A stretch of 64,000 nucleotides of DNA, taken from Macrostomum lignano (Eukaryota). A program made the translations under genes and the position numbers. The notes under the pieces were generated by a model that had not been told where the DNA came from, did not search any database, and saw only the letters and a list, made by a program, of their open reading frames with translations. The first letter of the stretch is position 1; the number at the start of each line of letters is the position of its first letter. Where the stretch lies: positions 25,794-89,793 of the forward strand of contig NIVC01000171.1 in the NCBI GenBank assembly GCA_002269645.1, written 5' to 3'. Positions 35,900 to 46,700 of this stretch are shown one piece after another.

Positions 35900-36365
35900 C
35901 TAAACTCACCTTTATCCCGACTAATCTCACATCTATTCCGTCTAATCTCTCCCCTATCCCGTCTAATCTCACCTCTACTCCGTCTAATCTCACCTCTTTT
36001 CCGTCTAATCTCTCCCTAATCCCGTCTTATCTCTCCTCAATCTCATCTAATCTCACCCTATCCCTTCTAGTCTCACCTCTATTCCGTCTAATCTCACCCT
36101 ATCCCTTCTCGGCTCACCTCTATTCCGTCTAATCTCACCCTATCCCTTCTAGTCTCACCTCTATTCCGTCTAATCTCACCCTATCCCTTCTCGGCTCACC
36201 TCTATTCCGTCTAATCTCAACCAGTTCCATTTAATTTCACCCCCATCTAATCTCACCTCTATTCTGACTAATCTCACCCCTATCCCGTCTAATCGCACCC
36301 CAATCCCGTCTAACCTTATCCCTTCAACTCTATCCATTCCCATCCTTCCCCACACAGTCTAATCT
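35900..36365. repeat. Degenerate ~21-bp (CTAATCTCACCTCTATTCCGT)-like repeat with an internal ~60-bp higher-order duplication, in an aGPCR intron
   Basis: Direct periodicity. The lines starting at 36061, 36121 and 36181 show recurring 60-bp blocks. Confidence 0.8.
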
Positions 36366-36382
36366 CGCAATCCTTAGCTCAC

Positions 36383-37239
36383 CTTAGCAAACGCGGAGTC
36401 CACTCCTGGCAGCACAACAATGAGACTCTTGGCGTACATCACGCCCTCGCACAGCAGCCAGCAGAACACGCAGAGCAGAGCGTACAGAGTCAGGCCGGAC
36501 AGAATCTGACAGCCTAGGTGGCCGAGAGCGGCAGGCGGATTGAAGCCGACAAGGTAAAGCGAGTGAGCCAGCAGCAGGGCGAAGCACAGGCTGTGGTGCA
36601 CCCTGTGCAGGGTGACCACTGACTTGTCAGCCAGCGGGCCCCTCAGTTTAATGGCCAGGTAGGTGATGTTGGTGATCAGCAGGCAGGCGATGGAGGCGCC
36701 CAGGCACACGTAGGTGAGGGCGCGCAGCACCGGCGAATGCATTCGCCACAGCCGGTGCGTGTCGGGCCCCAGCCAGACGGTGCCGGGCAGCACCACGGCG
36801 GCGAAGCTGGTCAGATGCTCGCAGCTGCAGGCTGTCCGACTGCTGTCCGACAGTTCGGCCACTGGACGGCAGCCACGCTCGGACAGGGAGCTGTCGGCCT
36901 GGAGGAAAACGCAGCGACGCTCGGCAGAGCCGACATTGGAGCTGTCCAGGTGCGGCAGCAGCAGCAGAACCCGCAGCTCCACGCCGCTGTCGAGCCGGGC
37001 CCCGTCAGCGGCCGAGTACAGCGTGGCCTGCACGATCCTCGACGCCACCGGCTGGCCAGCGTTGCCTAGGCGACTAATTAGACGCGGCAGGTTGACAACG
37101 CTGGTTACCATGGATACGGGAGGCGACGCGGCGGAAAACGAGGAGGCGGAGTTTCCTTTGTTGAGCAAGTTGACTTTCACTGCCGCAGAGTCGGACTGCA
37201 TCAGCGCTGAGCCAGAGCGCATGCGGCGGACGGACATGG
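36383..37239 (-). CDS. Adhesion GPCR exon: GAIN subdomain B, GPS motif and TM1-TM3
   Basis: Acceptor poly-C..CCGCAG|CC at 37240 (phase 1, matching the donor at 38548). GPS reads CVFL..SLSERGC..TACSCEHLTSFAAVV and TM3 reads GCQILSG..CWLLCEG. Donor AAG|GTGAGC at 36382 (phase 0). Confidence 0.92.
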
Positions 37240-37360
37240 CTGCGGAGGGGGGGGGGTCGGGGATCCATGCTGGTGTACGCGGCATCTGCGCTCAATTACG
37301 ACGTATTTATGGGTGGTTTGGTGAATGTACATTCCATCGGCTCCAACAGGGGGTGGGGGG

Positions 37361-37665
37361 GGGGTTGCAGCCTAGTGCTTAGAGCGTCGGACTCACGACT
37401 GAAAGGTCGGGGGTTCGATTCCCGACCCACTCGGAACAATCTGTGTCCTTGAGCAAGGCACTTAACTCTGCATTGCTTCAGTTCACCCAGCTGTAAAAAG
37501 GGTGCCAGCATTAGCTGGGATAACTGAGGGTGCGTGTGGCGACCCCCAGTCCTTGGACTGAACAGCCGTACGCAGCCTTCAGATGCGCCGCGCAATAGCT
37601 GCGGCTGAGCTGTCGGTTGCACATCTGGCCCAATTGGGGCAGGTGTAATCAACTATTATAATTAT
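37361..37665 (+). mobile_element. tRNA-derived SINE with a CORE-like central domain
   Basis: tRNA-like head with A-box-like TAGTGCTTAGAGCG, an anticodon-arm-like GTCGGACTCACGACTGA and B-box GGTTCGATTCC. This is followed by TGTGTCCTTGAGCAAGGCACTTAACTC..CTTCAGTTCACCCAGCTGTAAAAAGGG, which resembles the MIR/CORE consensus (recalled, not aligned), then an AT-rich tail. Confidence 0.75.
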
Positions 37666-38274
37666 TACATCCCATGAATTATGAATGTTTTAGTGATTTC
37701 TGGTGAATGTACATACGATGAATTCAGGCCGTTCTTCATAACTGTACAATTGTACATATTCCATGGCACACGAAGGCTTTTGTCGAATACACATTCCATT
37801 ATTTTATCATTTGAGTCGCTATGCACAGCATAGCCTTACAGGCATAAACTTGAGCCTTGTGGAATTTCGCCTGCAGCCAAAGCCTCAGTGCAAAGAGATA
37901 AAATTACTAGCAAATCATATACCGCATTATCGCCGTATAAAATCTTCAAGCCGCTCCCTCACTGTTTGATTGTCAACAGGAAACTGGCTGACCAGCAGTA
38001 AAGATGGAAGCAGATTTGATGTTTATCAGAGCTTTGATCCCGAGCTAAAATGCTTTTAATGTAAATAGCTGCGCCAAAAACAGGGCCTGCAGCGGCAAGC
38101 AGAAAAAAGGTCTGCATTGGCGTCTTCAGTCTTTCGTTGCCGAGGCCTTGAAGTTCAAAATTATCCTTGAGGCAGTTTTTAGCACAAAAGAAGATGCTGG
38201 CTGCTGCATCATCCACTAATCTTGATTTATTATCAAGAGTTACAGGACGCATAGATAATTACAAGATTGGAGTT

Positions 38275-38530
38275 CACCTGATTACCAGATCAGCGCACAC
38301 CTGATTACCAGATCAGCGGACACCTGATTACCAGATCAGCGCACACCTGATTACCAGATCAGCGCACACCTGATTACCAGATCAGCGCACACCTGATTAC
38401 CAGATCAGCGCACACCTGATTACCAGATCAGCGCACACCTGATTATCAGATTGATGCACACCAGATTACCAGATCAGCGCACACCTGATTACCAGATCAG
38501 CGCACACCTGATTACCAGATTAGCGCACAC
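38275..38530. repeat. 23-bp minisatellite (CACCTGATTACCAGATCAGCGCA)n, 11 copies
   Basis: Counted directly. Ten units keep CACCTG. Confidence 0.95.
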
Positions 38531-38548
38531 CATTGCCCAGGAGCTCAC

Positions 38549-38912
38549 CGATGGCACTGGTGCTAACGTTAACCTCGGGCCCGGCGAACTGCAGTCCCCT
38601 GCCCAGGCTGTCCAAGGTCCGAATGACGGCCCCGGCCGCCTCGGCCAGCTTGCGCCCGTCGTCGGCGTCTTCGCTGCCAGATTCGGCCGACGCAGTCCAG
38701 ACGTCCTTGGACCCGAAAGCGGTGACGCCGTTCAGCAGGTCGCCAACAGTCTGGCGCATCTCAAAGGCGCTGGCGTTGGCGAAGGCTGTTGAAGCCTCGG
38801 ATTCCAGCAGGCTGGCAAAGCCTGAAACCTCAGTGGCGTTGTCAAACTCGCGAGTCTGAGCAAACCGGCTGAGCACCTGCGCTTTCACGGACGAGTTTCG
38901 CGTCTCGGCAAG
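38549..38912 (-). CDS. Adhesion GPCR exon (helical GAIN subdomain A-like region)
   Basis: Acceptor CCCACTTGCAG|CTT at 38913 (phase 0). Reads LAETRNSSVKAQVLSRF...VGDLLNGV...AVIRTLDSLGRGL...VNVSTSAI. Donor G|GTGAGC at 38548 is in phase with the next exon (AI-A-MSV). Confidence 0.85.
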
Positions 38913-38984
38913 CTGCAAGTGGGCAGGAGGGGGGGGCATTCGCCAAGTTAAAGATAATTAGTACAAAAATTGGAAACACTTTAC

Positions 38985-39320
38985 ACTAGCCGATCAACTG
39001 AATGTACATAGGCTAGTCAACTGAATGTACATAGGCTAGTCAACTGAATGTACATAGGCTAGTCAACTGAATGTACATAGGCTAGTCAACTGAATGTACA
39101 TAGGCTAGTCAACTGAATGTACATAGGCTAGTCAAATGAATGTACATAGGCTAGTCAACTGAATGTACATAGGCTAGTCAACTGAATGTACATAGGCTAG
39201 TCAACTGAATGTACATAGGCTAGCGAAATGAATGTACATAGGCTAGACAATTAAGGGTACATAGGCTAGCCAACTGAATGTACATAGGCATAGACAATTA
39301 AGGGTACATAGGCTAGTAAA
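38985..39320. repeat. 23-bp minisatellite (TAGTCAACTGAATGTACATAGGC)n, ~14 copies
   Basis: Direct periodicity. Confidence 0.95.
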
Positions 39321-40309
39321 CTATCGTGGTAAATTGAAATTGAATTTTTTACAAAGCCACTAAATGCTAGTCAACCTGAAATGCTGAAAGTCGAAAATCA
39401 GCTCCCCAGTTTTCCCAATTGGGCGACAAGCTTAGCGTCTCCTTAAAAGAGTATTAAAACTGGGCGCACGTGCAGACAGAAAAGAATCCCATGGGGTCCC
39501 TTAAGGATCTGCGCGTAAAATTTCTTGGCGAAATTTGTTTTAATTGAACACAAAAGTTAAGGGCACGGAGATTACACCCGCACACACGTGGTCCGAAGGT
39601 CAGGTGCAGATTTGGTGCAAGTCAAGCCGTGCCATCCCTTTGAATAGGCCGAAATTTCAATGCTCCACATTGACCCAGGCGGCACACAAATTAATTGCAT
39701 CGACGCACTTAGGCTGGGCTGGCCACAATCTGATGCGGCATGCCAGATCTAGAATGATCTATTCTCCCCTGAAATTCCCTAACAAGGAGGGAGTGTTAAA
39801 CAGACCCGGTGCTGACAGCCCCCCCCAACCCCACACCCCGCCGCGTCTAAGCAGGGAATAAAAATTCCAGCCGAAACCGCCTGCGGGAAAATCGCATTTT
39901 CAAACTCCACCCCCCCCCACTAACAACCCGCCCACCATTCTCCCATTGCAGCACTAATTGCTGCTCTCATAGCCCGGATCCCGAATCCCCAAAACGCCAA
40001 CTTATAGTGAAATATTTTGCAAGCGCCTGGCTAAAAAAAGAAACTGGAGCCTTTCGCCGTGTTGGGCCATGGACTTCTAGATAGACTGGGTAATCTGGAT
40101 TGGACACCTTTGCTAAATCTGTTTTCTACGAATATGAATTTCGTCTTTATCAAAGCGACCCCCACTGGCGTAGCCAGAATTTTACCTGTAGGGGGGGGGG
40201 GGTCACGAGCCTGAGCCGCAACACGCGTGGACACGTTCTTTTCGAGGGGAGGCAAGAATCCCAGTTTCGAGTCACTGAACACAAGACAGACAAACACTAG
40301 AGCGCCAAA

Positions 40310-41727
40310 ATAGCGCCACAGAGAGATTTTAGCGCCACAGACAGATTTTAGCGCCACAGACAGATTTTAGCGCCACAGACAGATTTTAGCGCCACAGACA
40401 GATTTTAGCGCCACAGACAAGATTTTAGCGCCACAGACAAGATTTTAGCCCCACAGACAAGATTTTAGCGCCGCAGAGAGATTTTAGCGCCACAGAGAGA
40501 TTTTAGCGCCACAGACTAGATTTTAGCGCCACAGACAAGATTTTAGCGCCACCTACAAGACTTTAGCGCCACAGAAAAGATTTTAGCGCCACAGACTAGA
40601 TTTTAGCGCCACAGACTAGATTTTAGCGCCACAGACTAGATTTTAGCGCCACCAACTAGATTTTAGCGCCACAACTGATTTTAGCGGCACAGAAAGATTT
40701 TAGCGCCACAGACAAGATTTTAGCGCCACCGACAAGATTTTAGCGCCACAGACAAGATTTTAGCGCCACAGAGAAGATTTTAGCGCCTCAGACAAGATTT
40801 TAGCGCCACAGAGAGATTTTAGCGCCACAGAGAGATTTTAGCGCCACAGAGAGATTTTAGCGCCACAGAGAGATTTTAGCGCCACAGAGAGATTTTAGCG
40901 CCACAGAGAGATTTTAGCGCCACAGAGAGATTTTAGCGCCACAGACAAGATTTTAGCACCACAGACAGATTTTAGCGCCGCAGACAAGATTTTAGCGCCA
41001 CAGACAAGATTTTAGCGCCGCAGACTAGATTTTAGCGCCGCAGACTAGATTTTAGCGCCGCATACTAGATTTTAGCGCCGCAGACTAGATTTTAGCGCCG
41101 CAGACTAGATTTTAGCGCCGCAGACTAGATTTTAGCGCCGCAGACTAGATTTTAGCGCCGCATACTAGATTTTAGCGCCGCAGACTAGATTTTAGCGCCG
41201 CAGACTAGATTTTAGCGCCGCAGACTAGATTTTAGCGCCGCAGACTAGATTTTAGCGCCGCAGACTAGATTTTAGCGCCGCAGACTAGATTTTAGCGCCG
41301 CAGACTAGATTTTAGCGCCGCATACTAGATTTTAGCGCCGCAGACTAGATTTTAGCGCCGCAGACTAGATTTTAGCGCCGCAGACTAGATTTTAGCGCCG
41401 CAGACTAGATTTTAGCGCCGCAGACTAGATTTTAGCGCCGCAGACTAGATTTTAGCGCCGCAGACTAGATTTTAGCGCCGCAGACTAGATTTTAGCGCCG
41501 CATACTAGATTTTAGCGCCGCAGACTAGATTTTAGCGCCGCAGACTAGATTTTAGCGCCGCAGACTAGATTTTAGCGCCGCAGACTAGATTTTAGCGCCG
41601 CAGACTAGATTTTAGCGCCGCAGACTAGATTTTAGCGCCACAGACAGATTTTAGCGCCGCAGACTAGATTTTAGCGCCGCAGACTAGATTTTAGCGCCAC
41701 AGACAGATTTTAGCGCCGCAGACTAGA
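40310..41727. repeat. 19-21-bp satellite (GATTTTAGCGCC[A/G]CAGAC[T]A)n, ~70 copies
   Basis: Heterogeneous 19-21-bp units on the left and an almost perfect 20-bp unit from about 41020 to 41640. Confidence 0.96.
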
Positions 41728-43215
41728 TACTAGAGCCATAGGCAAGATGTTAACGCCAAGTTAGCATCGCAGACTTCGCATATTTCTTTCTAAAGCCTCG
41801 TGGATAGAGTTGGGAAATCAGGGGTTCGTTTCCACTCTCCAGACCGCTAGTTTTGGGGCACCGTGTCCGGCTAAACCGCGGATGATAAATAGTCTTTGCT
41901 GATTTCGCTGGGGCTGCAGAGGGAAAACACAAGAATGTTGTACTTTTTTAAGCTTAGGAATTCTCTCGGCTAATAAATGATGCACAAAACACACACTTTG
42001 CCCATTTTTATTGCAGAGATTAGCTCCGATTAATCTGGCATGTGGAAGCATATACTTTCACATAGCTATAACCCACACGATTTTGCTATCAGCTTGCGTA
42101 AAAGGACCTATAAGCCTACCATAAATACTAGCGAAATCGCATGGATAAAAATAACGAAGTTGGCAATTTCGGTGCATCGGAACTCGAATCGGCTTGGAAC
42201 GGATAAAATCCTATATACTAAAAATGAAATTAGCTCTAAAAATAGAATCACGAAGATATTGAGATCCGATTTAGTTACTTCGGAGAGAATTTCGATTCCG
42301 CAACGAACCTCTGGCAATAGCCTTTACAATTAGCCTCATGGAATTGCCGCGGATTTTCCATCAGCGGGGTCTCTTCCTCTGATCACGTGTACAATAGGCG
42401 GCTACATGGCTGTACTCTCACTTTTTTGACTCCACGGAATTCCCATGGACTCCCCTGCGGCGGAGTTCATAAGTGTACACTGTACATATTAGCCCCTATG
42501 CTCTCTTAAAAGAACCCACAGAAATTCCATGAATTTCCCTGAGAGCTATTTTCCTAGCTGGAGTTTTATACAAGACCACTGAAACTAAACTGTCTCGAAA
42601 AGGGCCGTTTTACGACCGTAACAAAACATAAACACTGAAGCATTTTCTCTTGAAATAAATTGATTGAAAGGCAATTTTGATAAAAATAAGTAGGGTTCCA
42701 CTGAATTCAATGCTGCAATTGGTTGGAGTTAGACAAAAAGCAGTAAGAACACTTTCGCCCACGACCAAGACGCGATAATCGCTAGCTTGTGGCCGTAAAA
42801 ACGTGGCCCCGCATATTTCTTCCCTTGCCCAGCAAACAGGCAGAGATGAACGGCAGAAGACACTAAAAGTCGTAATGCGATCCGGACCCTCAGGCTTTGG
42901 CCCTGACCCTAAGACCCGATGCTTTATCGCAAGTGCAAGCCGCCTCTCTGGCATAGGAGGGCTGGACAGAGAGCCACCACCAGCGACATCCACACGGAGA
43001 CTGGAAATCTAGTAAAGTGGACGTCGCAGTCGCTTTGACATCATAAATATTCGCTGCGATCCTCTAATCTGACACAGGCATACGGCTGAAGGTGAACTGC
43101 ATAAAGTTATACGGATGAATCTGATCTGAATACAGATAGCTGCAGTGCATTTGATTCTAGAATTATATAACTTGATTATAAAATGCCGAAGGTCTGGTCT
43201 GACTAGGCTAGACTG

Positions 43216-43730
<515 letters not shown>

Positions 43731-43737
<7 letters not shown>

Positions 43738-46700
43738 CAAAAGGCAGCTTCAAACTGCAAACCACACACACGGAAATATTGAAGAACGTTAGTTGTCGAA
43801 TATTCAGAAACCGATATTTCGGCCTGGACTGGGCCTTCGTCAGGGTTTATTTATTCGGGTTTAAAAACAAATATATTGGCTGTGAAGTTATTTTAACATA
43901 ATTTCAATATATATATGCGACTTTTGAGGGTGCACTGAGCAGTGTTGAGTAAAGATGTGTACGTATAATTAGTTAAAAACGTGAGTTGAAGCACGCTGAT
44001 TGGTTAAAGTCTTGCAGCTAAAGCCTTGCACAAAAATAAATATGTTAGGTGCTATAGAAAACCAGATTTAAAGCGTAGAAGTGTATGACTAAGCATCTTG
44101 AAAAGTTCAACAAATAAGTTAATTACGCCCGTAGAAAAAAACAAATATTAAATTAATACAGAGCACTGAGAACTTTGCATAAATAAGTGTAAATAATTAG
44201 ATGTAACTATTGAATTCATATACAGTAACTAATTGGGTAGCCAGACAGGCCACGCGAGACGCAGTTGGCGGCGTCTGGTCACAGATCGCCGCCGCAGCCC
44301 AGTCCCTGGTCACAGGCGGCTGGGCACTGCCGATTGGTTGTACATTGATAGTAGAATAGTAGTAGTAGTAATGAAGCAGTAGTAGTAGCAGTAGTAGTAG
44401 TCCTAGTCGTACTGGAGTCGTACTGGTAACAGTTATTAGAAGTAGCCAGTCAGGCCACGCGAGTCGCAGTTGGCGGCGTCTGGTCACAGATCGCCGCCGC
44501 AGCCCAGTCCCTGGTCACAGGCGGCTGGGCACTGCCGATTGGTTGTACATTGATAGTAGAATAGTAGTAGTAGTAATGAAGCAGTAGTAGTAGCAGTAGT
44601 AGTAGTCCTAGTCGTACTGGAGTCGTACTGGTAACAGTTATTAGAAGTAGCCAGTCAGGCCACGCGAGTCGCAGTTGGCGGCGTCTGGTCACAGATCGCC
44701 GCCGCAGCCCAGTCCCTGGTCACAGGCGGCTGGGCACTGCCGATTGGTTGTACATTGATAGTAGAATAGTAGTAGTAGTAATGAAGCAGTAGTAGTAGCA
44801 GTAGTAGTAGTCCTAGTCGTACTGGAGTCGTACTGGTAACAGTTATTAGAAGTAGCCAGTCAGGCCACGCGAGTCGCAGTTGGCGGCGTCTGGTCACAGA
44901 TCGCCGCCGCAGCCCAGTCCCTGGTCACAGGCGGCTGGGCACTGCCGATTGGTTGTACATTGATAGTAGAATAGTAGTAGTAGTAATGAAGCAGTAGTAG
45001 TAGCAGTAGTAGTAGTCCTAGTCGTACTGGAGTCGTACTGGTAACAGTTATTAGAAGTAGCCAGTCAGGCCACGCGAGTCGCAGTTGGCGGCGTCTGGTC
45101 ACAGATCGCCGCCGCAGCCCAGTCCCTGGTCACAGGCGGCTGGGCACTGCCGATTGGTTGTACATTGATAGTAGAATAGTAGTAGAAGTAGTAGTAATAG
45201 TAGTAGTAGTAGCAGTAGAGTAGTAGTAGTCGTAATCGTAGTAGAGCCGTACTATTAGCAGTAATTTGAAGTAGCCAGTCAGGCCACGAGGATCGCAGTT
45301 GGCGGCGTCTGGTCACAGATCGCCGCCTGCACAGCCCCTGGTCACAGGCGACTGGGCACTGCCGATCAGTTGAAGCTAGATTGTCAGTAGTAGTAGCACT
45401 AGTAGTTGCAGTAGTAGTAGTAGTAGTAGTAGTTGTTGTTGTAGTAGTAGAAGTAGTAGTAGAGTAGTAGTAGTCGTAGTAGTGTCGTACATTTAATATT
45501 TGCAGCTGCAGAAATAGTACTCTTGCTTATCCCGAGTAGATTTTCAGCGGAAAATATAGGTAGACTTTTTGTTGACAAACATGGCGAGCCTCAATAATCC
45601 GGTCCTGGGTAATAGATATGCAAAAGGCAGCTTCAAACTGCAAACCACACACACGGAAATATTGAAGAACGTTAGTTGTCGAATATTCAGAAACCGATAT
45701 TTCGGCCTGGACTGGGCCTTCGTCAGGGTTTATTTATTCGGGTTTAAAAACAAATATATTGGCTGTGAAGTTATTTTAACATAATTTCAATATATATATG
45801 CGACTTTTGAGGGTGCACTGAGCAGTGTTGAGTAAAGATGTGTACGTATAATTAGTTAAAAACGTGAGTTGAAGCACGCTGATTGGTTAAAGTCTTGCAG
45901 CTAAAGCCTTGCACAAAAATAAATATGTTAGGTGCTATAGAAAACCAGATTTAAAGCGTAGAAGTGTATGACTAAGCATCTTGAAAAGTTCAACAAATAA
46001 GTTAATTACGCCCGTAGAAAAAACAAATATTAAATTAATACAGAGCACTGAGAACTTTGCATAAATAAGTGTAAATAATTAGATGTAACTATTGAATTCA
46101 TATACAGTAACTAATTGGGTAGCCAGACAGGCCACGCGAGACGCAGTTGGCGGCGTCTGGTCACAGATCGCCGCCGCAGCCCAGTCCCTGGTCACAGGCG
46201 GCTGGGCACTGCCGATTGGTTGTACATTGATAGTAGAATAGTAGTAGTAGTAATGAAGCAGTAGTAGTAGCAGTAGTAGTAGTCCTAGTCGTACTGGAGT
46301 CGTACTGGTAACAGTTATTAGAAGTAGCCAGTCAGGCCACGCGAGTCGCAGTTGGCGGCGTCTGGTCACAGATCGCCGCCGCAGCCCAGTCCCTGGTCAC
46401 AGGCGGCTGGGCACTGCCGATTGGTTGTACATTGATAGTAGAATAGTAGTAGTAGTAATGAAGCAGTAGTAGTAGCAGTAGTAGTAGTCCTAGTCGTACT
46501 GGAGTCGTACTGGTAACAGTTATTAGAAGTAGCCAGTCAGGCCACGCGAGTCGCAGTTGGCGGCGTCTGGTCACAGATCGCCGCCGCAGCCCAGTCCCTG
46601 GTCACAGGCGGCTGGGCACTGCCGATTGGTTGTACATTGATAGTAGAATAGTAGTAGTAGTAATGAAGCAGTAGTAGTAGCAGTAGTAGTAGTCCTAGTC

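Noticed and set aside
42610-43012. ORFs on both strands that could be an additional aGPCR exon
   Set aside because: There is an acceptor-like TTTCCAG, but no convincing donor in a compatible phase and no recognisable domain.
44280-44345. Resemblance of CGCCGCC..CCCAG..GGCGGCTGGGCA to the HDV ribozyme, and of TAATGAAGC..GTCCTAG to twister
   Set aside because: P3 cannot close around an HDV-type L3 and no P2 3' partner or J4/2 follows. The twister P2/P4 pairings are absent. No CTGANGA/GAAA hammerhead core was found on either strand.
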